DNA of 64,000 nt from an uncultured Chloroflexia bacterium (GTDB lineage Bacteria > Chloroflexota > Limnocylindria > Limnocylindrales > CSP1-4): NCBI GenBank assembly GCA_963712745.1, contig CAVQJC010000012.1, forward strand, positions 1 through 64,000, given 5' to 3'. Below, piece after piece: positions 47,789 through 58,027 of the stretch. Both the position numbers and the translations under genes were made by a program. Position 1 is the first letter of the stretch; every line of letters begins with the position of its first letter. The notes under the pieces are model-generated. The model was given only the letters and a program-made list of their open reading frames with translations, was not told the DNA's origin and searched no databases.

Positions 47789-47816
47789 AGCGGGCCGGCC
47801 GGTAGGCCGGCCCGCT
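47789..47816 (+). terminator. Intercistronic stem-loop after the binding-protein gene
   Basis: AGCGGGCCGGCC-GGTA-GGCCGGCCCGCT. Confidence 0.6.
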
Positions 47817-47871
47817 ACTCTTAGCCAGTACAGACAGTTCCGAGGGACGCCAGCAGGGAGGCCAGACCGAC

Positions 47872-49453
47872 GTGACGGTCCCATCCGCGGACCTGCCGCC
47901 GGAGCAAGTCTCGGCACCGGCACTGGAGATGCGGGGCATCACCAAGCGATATCCCGGAGTCGTCGCGAACGACAGGATCGACCTCGAGATCAAGCCCGGT
48001 GAGATCCATGCCCTGCTGGGCGAGAACGGCGCCGGCAAATCCACCCTCATGAACGTCCTCTACGGGCTGGCCCGGCCGGACGAGGGCCAGATCCTGCTCG
48101 ACGGCGAGGTCGTCGAGATCGACCGATCCGACCGACGCTATCGAGCGTGGCATCAGCATGGTCCACCAGCACTTCATGCTCGTGCCGGTGTTGACGGTGG
48201 CCGACAACGTCCTCCTGGGCAAGGAGGCCATGCGCAATCGCATCTTCCTCGACAAGGGGGAGGCCCACCGTCGCATCCTCGAACTGGGACAGCGGTTCGG
48301 CTTCGACCTCGACCCGGACGAGAAGGTAGGCGATCTCTCCGTCGGCTGGCAGCAGCGCGTGGAGATCCTCAAGGCGCTCTACCGGGAAGCGCGGATCCTG
48401 GTGCTCGACGAGCCCACGGCCGTGCTGACCCCACAGGAGACCGTCGAGATCTTCGCGGTCCTGCGGCGGCTCGCCGCCGAGGGTCACAGCATCATCTTCA
48501 TCAGCCACAAGCTCTACGAGGTCCTGGAGGTCGCCGACCGCATCACGGTCATCCGGCGCGGCAAGGTGGTGGGCAGCCGCATCCCGGGCGAGACCGACGA
48601 GGACGACCTCGCCGAACTGATGGTCGGGCGAGAAGTCCAGCTGACGGTGGATCGCGGGGAGAGCCATCCGGCGGAGCCCATGCTCAAGGTCGAGGACCTC
48701 CGTGTGACGGGCGGTCATGGCGGCGACGTCGTCGACGGCGTGAGCTTGGAGGTCAGGGCCGGCGAGATCCTCGGCGTGGCAGGGGTCGCCGGCAACGGCC
48801 AGGACGAGCTCGTCGGGGCCATCACCGGGCTGCGCCAGCCCCGGTCCGGCACCATCACCCTCGACGGCGAGGACGTGACCGGTGACGGTCCGCGTGCCCT
48901 ACACGGCAAGAAGGTTGCCTATGTCCCCGCCGACCGGCATCGCTTCGGCCTGGTGCTCTCGTTCCCGCTCACCGACAACGTGGTGCTCACCGATTACTAC
49001 ATGGAGCCCTACTCACACGGCATGATCCGCGACGAGAGCGCGATCGCCAAGCGAGCGGAAGAGGCCATCGCCCAGTACGACGTGCGGACGCCGGACGCCG
49101 GCGTCACCGCCGGCACGCTTTCTGGCGGCAACCAGCAGAAGCTCATCGTGGCCCGCGAGTTCGACCGCGACCCCAAGCTGCTCGTGCTCGACCAGCCCAC
49201 GCGCGGCCTCGACGTGGGCAGTATCGAGTTCATCCACAAGCAGGTCATCCGCAAGCGTGACGCGGGGACCGCCGTGCTGCTGGTCAGCGCCGAGCTCGAC
49301 GAGGTCCTGGAGATCTCCGACCGCATCGCGGTCATGTACCGCGGGCGGATCGTGGCCGTGATCGACGGCCGTACGGCCAACAAGGAGGAGGTTGGCCTGC
49401 TCATGGCCACCGGTGGACGCGAAGGCGACGCGGGCCAGGAGGCGGTCTCGTGA
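47872..49453 (+). CDS. Sugar/nucleoside ABC transporter ATPase (two NBDs); frameshift near 48,125
   Basis: GENGAGKST in one frame; [14 protein letters not shown] and LSGGNQQK in another. Confidence 0.92.
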
Positions 49454-50631
49454 TCAACAGGCTCCTCAGCCGCTCGCTTCGAGGTCAGCTGGCCATCACC
49501 ACCGGCGCCATCGTCCTGGCCCTGGTGGTGGGCGCGGTGATCATGGTGCTGACCAGTCCCATCATCACCGGCAGCTTCGACCCGTGGCTGTGGGTGGACG
49601 CCTACCTCGCGCTCATCCAGGGCGCGACCGGCATCGCCATCACGCTGGACCCCATCTCCATCGAATTCCTCGGGCTCAACGGCGTCATCGACACGCTGGT
49701 GCGGGCGACGCCGTACATCCTCGGCGGCCTGGCGGTCGGCATCGGCTTCAAGGCCGGCCTCTTCAACATCGGCGCGCAGGGCCAGTTCCTGATGGGCGCG
49801 CTGGGCGCGGTCACGGTGGGCGTCTTCCTGGCCGAGGCACCCACCTTCATCGCCGTCCCCCTCGCCCTCCTGGGTGGCGTCATCGCCGGCGCGGCCTACG
49901 GCTTCGTCCCCGGATGGCTGAAGGCCAACACCGGGGCCCACGAGGTGGTCGTCACCATCATGCTCAACTACGTGGCCCTGGCCATCGTGTCCTGGGCCGT
50001 GACCGGGCCGTTGCGCTCCGCCACGGCATCGTTCGCGCGGACCGACGACGTGGGCAATGCCGCGCTGCCCTTCCTCGCCTTCGGCGGCCGCGAGCTGCAC
50101 CTTGGTGTGCTCATCGCCTTCGTCGCGGTCCCCATCGTGTGGTGGGTCCTCTACCGCACGACCGTCGGCTTCGAGGTCCGCACCGTCGGCGCGAACCCCG
50201 ACGCGGCCCGCTATGCGGGCATGCGGCCCAAGCTGCTCATCACGGGCACGATGGCGGCCGCCGGCCTGCTTGCGGGGCTCGCCGGCGCCATCGAGATCCT
50301 CGGCGTGCAGAACAACCTGCCCGCGACCTACGCCACGACCGTCGGCTTCGACGCCATCACAGTGGCGCTCCTCGGGCGCGCCAACCCGTTCGGCATCCTC
50401 TTCGGCGGCATCCTGCTGGGTGCCCTGCGCGCAGGCGCGCCGCTGATGCAGATCCAGGCCGGCGTGCCCATCCAGATGGTCGACATCCTACAGGGCGTCA
50501 TCCTCTTCTTCCTGGCGGCCGACCTCATCGTCCGCTGGGTCTTCCGCATCCGCGACGCCAAGGGCGCGGACGTGGATGAGCTCAAGACCGTGACCAGCAG
50601 TTACGGCGGATCGACCGCCTCAGGGTCGTGA
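49450..50631 (+). CDS. ABC transporter permease
   Basis: GLFNIGAQGQF, HEVVVTIMLN, GFDAITVALLG. Confidence 0.93.
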   Translation: MINRLLSRSLRGQLAITTGAIVLALVVGAVIMVLTSPIITGSFDPWLWVDAYLALIQGATGIAITLDPISIEFLGLNGVIDTLVRATPYILGGLAVGIGFKAGLFNIGAQGQFLMGALGAVTVGVFLAEAPTFIAVPLALLGGVIAGAAYGFVPGWLKANTGAHEVVVTIMLNYVALAIVSWAVTGPLRSATASFARTDDVGNAALPFLAFGGRELHLGVLIAFVAVPIVWWVLYRTTVGFEVRTVGANPDAARYAGMRPKLLITGTMAAAGLLAGLAGAIEILGVQNNLPATYATTVGFDAITVALLGRANPFGILFGGILLGALRAGAPLMQIQAGVPIQMVDILQGVILFFLAADLIVRWVFRIRDAKGADVDELKTVTSSYGGSTASGS

Positions 50632-50641
50632 GGGCCTAGCC

Positions 50642-51718
50642 ATGGACCTGCAGCCGCTGTTCGACATCCCCATCGCCGGGATCCTCTTCCAGCTCATCGA
50701 CTACATGGTCCGGGTGCTGACGCTCAACGGCGCGGTCATCCTGGCCCTGGCGGCGCCGATCGCCCTGGGGTCGTACTGCGGCTTCATGAACGAGCGCTCC
50801 GGTGTCGTCAACATCGGCATCGAGGGCATGATGATCGCGTCCGCCTTCTCCGGCTGGTTGGTGGCCACTGCGGTCGTGCAGTTCTTCCCCGAGCAGCCCA
50901 AAGCCGACTTCTTCTTCGGCGCCAGCCCGGCCCTGCTGCTGGGCGTCGTCGCCGCCATCGCCACCGGCATGCTCGTGTCGACGGTGCACGCCTGGCTTTC
51001 GATCACGGTGAAGGCCGACCAGATCATCAGCGGCGTGGTCATCAACATCGTGGCGCTGGGCGTGACCGGCTACCTCATCATCATCATCAGCCGCACGGCG
51101 CCGCTCTCGGCGGGCAAGTTCACGCCCTACACGCCACCCGAGTTCCTGACCGATCTGCCCTTCGTGGGCTGGATCTTCAACATGTTCCTCAACCACGGGC
51201 CTATCACGATGAGCGTGATCATCTTCGCCATCGTCCTGCAGATCCTGCTCTTCCGGTCCCGCTGGGGTCTTCGTACGCGATCGGTGGGCGAGCATCCCAA
51301 GGCCGCCGAGACCGTGGGCATCGACGTCATCCGGCTGCGCTACCGAAATGTCATCCTCGGCGGCATCTTCGCCGGCCTCGCGGGCGCCTGGTTCACGCTC
51401 GACTTCGGCAACTCCTTCCAGGCGGGCATGACGGCGGGACGAGGCTTCATCGCGCTGGCTGCACTCATCTTCGGACGCTGGATGCCGCTGGGCTCCTTCG
51501 GGGCAGCCTTGCTCTTTGCCACCGCGAGCTCGCTCAGCATCGCTCTGCGCACGATCCCGCCGACGGGCGAGCTGGGCGACATACTGACCGCGCTGCCCAA
51601 CCAGTTCTGGGCGGCCCTGCCCTACCTGGTGACCATCATCATCCTGGCGGGTGCGGTCGGCCGCAGCGTGGCCCCGGCGGCGGTGGGCAAACCGTACGAG
51701 CGCGAGAGCGCCTCGTAG
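50642..51718 (+). CDS. ABC transporter permease
   Basis: ERSGVVNIGIEG, GEHPKAAETVGI, GRGFIALAALIFG. Confidence 0.93.
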   Translation: MDLQPLFDIPIAGILFQLIDYMVRVLTLNGAVILALAAPIALGSYCGFMNERSGVVNIGIEGMMIASAFSGWLVATAVVQFFPEQPKADFFFGASPALLLGVVAAIATGMLVSTVHAWLSITVKADQIISGVVINIVALGVTGYLIIIISRTAPLSAGKFTPYTPPEFLTDLPFVGWIFNMFLNHGPITMSVIIFAIVLQILLFRSRWGLRTRSVGEHPKAAETVGIDVIRLRYRNVILGGIFAGLAGAWFTLDFGNSFQAGMTAGRGFIALAALIFGRWMPLGSFGAALLFATASSLSIALRTIPPTGELGDILTALPNQFWAALPYLVTIIILAGAVGRSVAPAAVGKPYERESAS

Positions 51719-51844
51719 GCAGGACCGCGACGCCCCGGAGTGACGGGGCTGACGGCAGGACACGGCATCCGCGCTACGCTGGCCGCATGAACGCTACCGA
51801 CAGGATCCACTTCGTCGACGAGGCCCGAGGCCCTCGAGACGCCG

Positions 51845-52276
51845 GTGCCGCTGCTCGACCCCAGTGCCGCCCTCGACGTGCTGCGGACGGCCAAACGGAT
51901 CGCCATCGTCGGTGCTTCTTCTCATCCCTGGCGCGCCTCCAACTCGGTCATGGGCTACCTGCTGGGCCAGGGCTACGAGTGCGTCCCGGTCACGCCCAAG
52001 CGGCGCGAGGTGCTGGGCCGGGCGTGCTACGCCAGCCTGGAGCAGGCCGTGGCCGCGACCGGCGGGCCGTTCGACATCGTCGATGTCTTCCGCCGGCCGC
52101 AGTACACGCCCGACATCGCTCGCTCGGCGGTCGCCCTCGGCTGCGGCACCCTCTGGCTCCAGCAGGGCGTCGTCGACTGGGACGCGGCGCGCATCGCCCA
52201 CGAGGGCGGGCTGGGCGTGGTCATGGATCGATGCACCGCCGTGGAGCACCGGCGACTGCGCGGGCTCTACGAGTAG
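51845..52276 (+). CDS. CoA-binding protein (YccU-like)
   Basis: IAIVGAS, DIVDVFR, LWLQQG, VVMDRC; the 5' end may be frameshifted. Confidence 0.88.
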   Translation: MPLLDPSAALDVLRTAKRIAIVGASSHPWRASNSVMGYLLGQGYECVPVTPKRREVLGRACYASLEQAVAATGGPFDIVDVFRRPQYTPDIARSAVALGCGTLWLQQGVVDWDAARIAHEGGLGVVMDRCTAVEHRRLRGLYE

Positions 52277-52309
52277 TCGCGGAGGCGAGTCGTGCGCATC
52301 GGCGGCGCG

Positions 52310-52352
52310 CGGATGTGGGGTCGCACTCAGGTGACCCAGGGCCCCACATCCG
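52310..52352. terminator. Stem-loop
   Basis: CGGATGTGGGG...CCCCACATCCG. Confidence 0.45.
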
Positions 52353-52473
52353 GGACCACACCGCAGTGCACACGAAGGTCCGTCTTCGACCCACGCAAAG
52401 GTCCTGCAGCACGCTTGGCGCGGGACTCGTACCATGCCCTCGTCGTCGACGAGCCTGCCTAGGAAGGAACCTC

Positions 52474-53667
52474 ATGCGCAGAAACCCCATGGCCAGGACC
52501 ATCATCGGGGCCTCGGCGCTGGCGCTGCTGACCACGAGCGCGGTGGTCGCCCAGCCGGCCACCCCGCCTCCCGACGAGTACGGACCGACACTCCAGACCG
52601 CGGTCGTCACCAACGCGCTCGACGATGCCTCGATCAACCAGCTCATCGAGGACACCGTGCGCGAGTACCACCTCGACCTCGGCGGCAAGGTCAGCAGCAA
52701 GAAGAACAACGGCTGGTTCCCCGTGCCACCGCTGACTGGCACCGACGCGGTCGTGCAGGGCGTGCTGGAGCAGGCCCAGGAGGACCGGACCGTGGTGGTC
52801 ATCTCCGGCGGCGATGCGCAGTCGAACGTGGGCCTCGCCGGCAACTTCGACGCCACGGTCTTCATCGACCTGGGCCAATCGCTGCCCTGTGTCACGGAGG
52901 ACGGCCAGGCTGATCCATCAGGAACCTGCGCGGGTGGAGCTGCCGGCATCCCCTACAACTACGCCGCTGTCGATTTCGCCGTCGAGGACGGGGCCTACCT
53001 CACCGGCGTCCTGGCCGCCGCTGCCAGCCGCATCGGCAATGAGCGCATCGCCGTCGTGAGCGGTACGCCCGAGTGCCGCCAGTGCAACCGCTATGTGCAA
53101 GGGTTCGTAGAGGGCGCTCGTGCGACCAACCCGAACATCAGCATCGAAGTGGCCTATCTGGCAGACGACGAGGTCTCCGGCTTCAGCGACCCGGCCACGG
53201 CCAAGACGTTCACCAGCGCCTTCGTCGAGGTCTTCCAGCCGGATGTCGTGCTGGCGGTCGGTCGCGCGGCCACGCCGGGCATCGTGGAGGCGGTCTGCGA
53301 GGCCGGCAAGCTCGCGGTCGGCACGCACATCGATGTCAGCGTCATGCACGACGACCTCGATTGCGTGCTGGCCAGCGTCACCACCGACATGGCCACGGCC
53401 ATCGAGGAGGCGCTGTACGCGTTCGCCGACGCAGACACGGTCCTCGAGCCAGCCGTCAGCTACGATCTCGCGAACGACCGCGTACGGGTCACCGAGGAGT
53501 GGAAGGGACCGCGCTCCCGAAGCCTGCCGGTCGACACCGCCGAGCGCTACCTGAACGCGGTACAGGCGGTGCTCACGGGGCAGGTCAACACCTGTCCCGG
53601 CGATTGCGGAGAACCGCTGGACCGCCACGGAGAGCCGCTGCCGGACGAACCGGCCGAGGACGCGTAG
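52474..53667 (+). CDS. Second, divergent BMP-family substrate-binding protein
   Basis: Signal peptide; DASINQ, GAYLTGVLAA, GFVEGAR..NP, GFSDP. Confidence 0.75.
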   Translation: MRRNPMARTIIGASALALLTTSAVVAQPATPPPDEYGPTLQTAVVTNALDDASINQLIEDTVREYHLDLGGKVSSKKNNGWFPVPPLTGTDAVVQGVLEQAQEDRTVVVISGGDAQSNVGLAGNFDATVFIDLGQSLPCVTEDGQADPSGTCAGGAAGIPYNYAAVDFAVEDGAYLTGVLAAAASRIGNERIAVVSGTPECRQCNRYVQGFVEGARATNPNISIEVAYLADDEVSGFSDPATAKTFTSAFVEVFQPDVVLAVGRAATPGIVEAVCEAGKLAVGTHIDVSVMHDDLDCVLASVTTDMATAIEEALYAFADADTVLEPAVSYDLANDRVRVTEEWKGPRSRSLPVDTAERYLNAVQAVLTGQVNTCPGDCGEPLDRHGEPLPDEPAEDA

Positions 53668-53701
53668 GCCCACGCCTCTGCACCCGGGGGAGGCGACCAG
53701 A

Positions 53702-53983
53702 CTAGAGGTTGAGCAGCCCCACCAAGACCGAGACCGCGCCGGCGGCGATGACGACGCCCCAGACGATGAGCCGCTGCCGCATCTGGGCGCGCATCTCGTC
53801 CGCACCGGTGGGACCGTCGGCCTCGACCCCGCTGCGCTTGCCTCGCCACGTCTCGTAGCGATCGAGGTTGGCCTGGGTCGCGTCCAGCTGGCGGATCACG
53901 TTCAGCGGCCCGCGCGCCTGCATCGCGCCCACCGCGATGGCCACGATGCCGCCGATGACGAGCACGAGCGCCACGAGTCCCAC
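53702..53983 (-). CDS. Small two-TM membrane protein
   Basis: Two hydrophobic segments; directly follows gatB. Confidence 0.7.
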   Translation of the reverse strand: MGLVALVLVIGGIVAIAVGAMQARGPLNVIRQLDATQANLDRYETWRGKRSGVEADGPTGADEMRAQMRQRLIVWGVVIAAGAVSVLVGLLNL

Positions 53984-53984
53984 T

Positions 53985-55460
53985 TCAGTCGACCCCCAGC
54001 GTCTCGCGGATGAGCTGCTGCACCACGCCGGCGTTGGCCTGACCGCGCGTCTTCTTCATGACCTGTCCGGTGAGGAACCCGATGGCCTTGGTGGTACCGG
54101 CTCGCACGTCGGCCACGGCCTCCGGGTTGCCGGCGATGACCTCGTCCACCGCGGCCTGAAGCGCACCCTGGTCGCTGATCTGCTTGAAACCGGCTTCGGC
54201 CACGATCTCGGCCACGGGACGACCGCTGCGCCCGACGCGGAGCAGCACCTCCTTGGCGTTGGTGCCGCTGATCTGGCCATCTTCGACGAGCCGGACCAGT
54301 GCGGCGATCTCGCCACCACCGATGCGCCCGAGGTCGACCCCCTCTTCGTCTCCCTTGGCCAGGCGCAGGTACTCGCCGGTGACCCAGTTGGCCAGCTTCT
54401 TGGTGGGCAAACGGGGCTCCGCCGCCCTGGCCGCCTCGAAGACTGCCGTGGCCCCGGCATCGGCCACGAGCACGTCGGCGTCGTAGGCCGAGAGGCCGAG
54501 CTCATCGCGATAGCGGGCCCGGCGGGCGGCCGGCAGCTCCGGCAGGGAGATCCGGATCTCGTCGAGCCAGGCGGGGTCCACTCGCAGCGGCGGCAGGTCG
54601 GGCTCGGGGAAGTAGCGGTAGTCGTCCGAGGTTTCCTTGGTGCGCATGTGGTAGGTGAGACCGCGGTCGTCGTCCCAACCCCTGGTCTCCTGGATGAGCG
54701 GCTCCCCTGCTCGCAGCGCGGCCGCCTGGCGGGTGATCTCGAACTCGATGGCACGTTCGACCGAGCGGAACGAGTTCATGTTCTTGACTTCGACACGCGT
54801 GCCGAAGGCCCTGGTCCCGGCCGGGCGCAGTGAGACGTTGGCCTCCACGCGCATCTGGCCACTCTCCATGGCCGCGTACGAGGCACCGATGGTCATCAGC
54901 AGCAGGCGCAGCTCCTCGGCATAGCGGCGGGCGGTCTCGGCGTCGTGGATGACGGGGTCGGTGACGATCTCCAGCAGCGGTGCGCCTGATCGGTCGTAGT
55001 CGAGCAGGCTGACGGGACGCCCCTCCACGCGCGTGTGCTGGAGGCGGGCAGTGTCCTCCTCGAGATGGGCGCGGGTGATGCCCACCTCCACCGGACCGTG
55101 CGAGGTCTCGACGCTGAGCGAGCCATGCGCGGCGAGAGGCAGCTCGTACTGGCTGATCTGGTAGCCCTTGGGCAGGTCCGGGTAGAAGTAGTTCTTGCGG
55201 TCCCAGCGGGTGACCTCGGGCGTGGTCGCGCCGATGGCCACCCCGACTGCCAGCACGTGGCGGACGGCCTCGCGGTTGATGACCGGCAGTGCGCCCGGAA
55301 GCCCCAGGCAGACCGGGCAGGTGATCTCGTTGGGTTCCGCGCTGCCGATGTCGTTGGAACAGCCGCAGAACATCTTGGAGGCCGTGCGCAGCTGCACATG
55401 GATCTCGATGCCGATGACCGGCTCGTACGTCACCTCTGCCGGTGAGGTCGCCACGGACAT
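53985..55460 (-). CDS. gatB: Asp/Glu-tRNA amidotransferase subunit B
   Basis: YEPVIGIEIHVQL, RKNYFYPDLPKGYQISQ, HLEED, EVKNMNSF, YRYFPEPDL. Confidence 0.98.
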   Translation of the reverse strand: MSVATSPAEVTYEPVIGIEIHVQLRTASKMFCGCSNDIGSAEPNEITCPVCLGLPGALPVINREAVRHVLAVGVAIGATTPEVTRWDRKNYFYPDLPKGYQISQYELPLAAHGSLSVETSHGPVEVGITRAHLEEDTARLQHTRVEGRPVSLLDYDRSGAPLLEIVTDPVIHDAETARRYAEELRLLLMTIGASYAAMESGQMRVEANVSLRPAGTRAFGTRVEVKNMNSFRSVERAIEFEITRQAAALRAGEPLIQETRGWDDDRGLTYHMRTKETSDDYRYFPEPDLPPLRVDPAWLDEIRISLPELPAARRARYRDELGLSAYDADVLVADAGATAVFEAARAAEPRLPTKKLANWVTGEYLRLAKGDEEGVDLGRIGGGEIAALVRLVEDGQISGTNAKEVLLRVGRSGRPVAEIVAEAGFKQISDQGALQAAVDEVIAGNPEAVADVRAGTTKAIGFLTGQVMKKTRGQANAGVVQQLIRETLGVD

Positions 55461-56638
55461 CAGAGGGTATCCATGAACCGCTCGATACGGACCAGCGCCT
55501 CCTCGAGCTGCTCGTAGGAGGTGGCGAGCGTGGCGCGCACGTAGCCTTCACCGGATGGCCCGAAGGCCGTACCCGGGACCACGGCCACTTCAGCGTCGTG
55601 GAGGAGGCGAGCGCAGAACTCCTCCGAAGAGAGTCCGCTGGCGCTGATGTCGGGGAAGGCGTAGAAGGCACCGCGGGGCTCGACCGTGGGCAGGCCGATG
55701 CGCTCGAGGCCGGCCACGAACATGCGGCGCCGCCGGTCGTACTCGGCGACCATGCGCTGGACGTCGGGCTCCGCCCGCTCCAGGGCCACGACCGCCGCAT
55801 CCTGGGCCGTGGTGGGGGCGGTCATGATGACGTACTGGTGCACCTTCATGAGCCCGTCGATGAGGTCCCCCGGGCCACAGGCGTAGCCGACCCGCCAGCC
55901 GGTCATGGCGTAGGCCTTGGAGAAGCCACCGAGCAGGATGGTTCGGTCACGCATGCCCGGCAGGGCGCTGAAGGCCTCGTGCTCGTGGCCGCCATAGACG
56001 AGCCGGTCGTAGATCTCGTCGCTGATGACGAGCAGGTCGTGGCGCTCGGCGATGGCCGCCAGAGCCCGGATGGTGTCGGGCTCCAGCACCGCCCCGGTGG
56101 GATTGCAGGGATAGCCCAGGAACAGCACCTTGGTTCGCGGCGTGATGGCCGCTTCCACCGCCTCGGGATCAAGCTGCCAGCCGTCCTCGGGGCGCGTGGC
56201 CACGAAGACGGGTACGCCGCCGGCGAACATCAGGTCCGGCACGTAGGAGGAGTACGAGGGTTCGGCCAGCACGACCTCGTCACCGGGGTCGACCACGGCC
56301 GTCATGGCGATGGCCAGTGCCTCTGAGACACCGACCGTGATGAGGACCTCTCGCTCAGGGTCGTAGTCGACGCCATAGAGCCCCGAAAGGTGGGCCGAGA
56401 CGCCGCGCCGCAGCTCGATCGTGCCGTAGTTGCTGGTGTAGTGGGTCCGGCCCTCCCGCAGGGAACGGATGCCGGCCTCCACCACCAGCTCCGGAGTGTC
56501 GAAGTCAGGCTCGCCCACGCCGAGGCTGATCACATCCGGCATCGATGCCAGCACGTCGAAGAACTTGCGGATGCCGCTTGGCGGCACGTCCTGGACGCGC
56601 TGCGAGAGACGTGAACGAGTCGTGGGTTCGATGGTCAT
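55460..56638 (-). CDS. Class I/II PLP-dependent aminotransferase
   Basis: SLGVGEPDF, PCNPTG, SDEIY, GFSKAYAMTGWRVG. Confidence 0.95.
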   Translation of the reverse strand: MTIEPTTRSRLSQRVQDVPPSGIRKFFDVLASMPDVISLGVGEPDFDTPELVVEAGIRSLREGRTHYTSNYGTIELRRGVSAHLSGLYGVDYDPEREVLITVGVSEALAIAMTAVVDPGDEVVLAEPSYSSYVPDLMFAGGVPVFVATRPEDGWQLDPEAVEAAITPRTKVLFLGYPCNPTGAVLEPDTIRALAAIAERHDLLVISDEIYDRLVYGGHEHEAFSALPGMRDRTILLGGFSKAYAMTGWRVGYACGPGDLIDGLMKVHQYVIMTAPTTAQDAAVVALERAEPDVQRMVAEYDRRRRMFVAGLERIGLPTVEPRGAFYAFPDISASGLSSEEFCARLLHDAEVAVVPGTAFGPSGEGYVRATLATSYEQLEEALVRIERFMDTL

Positions 56639-56716
56639 CTCGGCCTCGGGTCGAGTGGCGGGTGGCTTGGAGTGTGGCGAGTATACGGGGGCCGGCCCGT
56701 GACCCGCCCAAGAGCT

Positions 56717-56914
56717 GGTGAAGTGACGGGTAGGCGTGGGTGAAGTGACGGGTAGGCGTGGGCGAAGTGGCGGGTAGGCGTGGGTGAAGTGGCGGGTAGG
56801 CGTGGGTGAAGTGACGGGTAGGCGTGGGTGAAGTGACGGGTAGGCGCGAGTGAAGTGACGGGTAGGCGTGGGTGAAGTGACGGGTAGGCGTGGGCGAAGT
56901 GGCGGGTAGGCGCG
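56717..56914 (+). repeat. Nine 22-bp tandem repeats GGTGAAGTGACGGGTAGGCGTG
   Basis: Units at 56717 + 22n, with 0-3 substitutions each and no spacers. Confidence 0.95.
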
Positions 56915-56943
56915 AAGGGAGCCGCTCCTGCCACGCTGACGCC

Positions 56944-57663
56944 ATGGACGATATGCGTGTGGGCGCCGCTTTCCGAGCCGTTCGCCTTCGCCGCCGCTGG
57001 CGCCAGCTGGACGTGGCAGCCCGGGCCGGCGTGGCGCGGTCGGTCGTCTCGGAGATCGAGCGCGGGCACTTCGGCTCGATGCCGCTGCGGCGGGTTAGGG
57101 CCGTCGCCGCGACCCTGGACATCCGCATCGACCTCATCCCTCGATGGCGCGGAGGCGAGCTGCCGAGGCTGCTGAACGCCCGGCACTCGGCGCTGCACGA
57201 GTCGGTAGCAAGGACCTTCGAGCGGTTCGCAGGCTGGCACGTCGCGCCGGAGGTCTCATTCTCGATCTACGGTGAGCGCGGTAGCATCGACATCCTCGCT
57301 TACCACGCCAGAAGTGGGTCGCTGCTGGTCATCGAGCTCAAGACCGAGATCGTGGACGTAAACGACTTGGTGGGCACGCTCGATCGCAAGGCCCGGCTGG
57401 GGCCGACCATCGCCAAGGACCGTGGCTGGCTTCCGTCCGCGGTCAGTCGCTGGGTAATCGTTTCGCGGGACCGCACGAACCAGCGGCGGATCGAGGAGCA
57501 CCGTTCGATGCTGCGCGCCGCCTTCCCTGCCGACGGCCATGCGATGCGCGCGTGGCTGGTCCGTCCAGTGGGGTCGATGTCGGCCCTGTCGATGTGGTCG
57601 TCCGTCGCCCCCACCGACGGTAGTCGCACTCGTAGACAGCGAATCCGCATTCCCGGTGGCTGA
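56944..57663 (+). CDS. XRE-type HTH fused to PD-(D/E)XK nuclease-like domain
   Basis: RAVRLRRRWRQLDVAARAGVARSVVSEIERG; PEVSF...GSIDILAY...LLVIELKT. Confidence 0.85.
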   Translation: MDDMRVGAAFRAVRLRRRWRQLDVAARAGVARSVVSEIERGHFGSMPLRRVRAVAATLDIRIDLIPRWRGGELPRLLNARHSALHESVARTFERFAGWHVAPEVSFSIYGERGSIDILAYHARSGSLLVIELKTEIVDVNDLVGTLDRKARLGPTIAKDRGWLPSAVSRWVIVSRDRTNQRRIEEHRSMLRAAFPADGHAMRAWLVRPVGSMSALSMWSSVAPTDGSRTRRQRIRIPGG

Positions 57664-57750
57664 CGGCCACGATCCGGAGCGTGTGGTTCCGTCGGACCGG
57701 AGTCGAGCTGCGCTACGAGAGTGAGAAACGGGGTTCGGAGTGCGACTACC

Positions 57751-58021
57751 GTCGCGCGCAGCGACTCCTGGCTACGACGAACGCCGGGCTGGGCCGATAG
57801 CGTCGCGCGCAGCGACTCCTGGCTACGACGAACGCCGGGCTGGGCCGATAGCGTCGCGGGGGGCGACTCCTGGCTACGACGAACGCCGGGCTAGGCCGAT
57901 AGCGTCGCGGGGGGCGACGCCTGGCTAGGACGAAGGCCTGGCTACGACGAAGGCCTGGCTACGACGAAGGCCTGGCTACGACGAAGGCCTGGCTACGACG
58001 AAGGCTTGGCCAGGACGAACG
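57751..58021 (+). repeat. Compound tandem array: three 51-bp units plus a partial unit, then six 17-bp units sharing CCTGGCTACGACGAA
   Basis: 51-mers at 57751, 57802 and 57853; 17-mers from 57920 to 58021. Confidence 0.93.
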
Positions 58022-58027
58022 CCGGGG

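Noticed and set aside
52352-52440. ACGCAAAG-containing stretch as a c-di-GMP-I riboswitch
   Set aside because: It lacks the GCAAAC/GAAA tetraloop architecture of the consensus.
56717-58021. Repeat arrays flanking a nuclease gene as a CRISPR array
   Set aside because: The units are head-to-tail with no unique spacers, and no cas genes are present.
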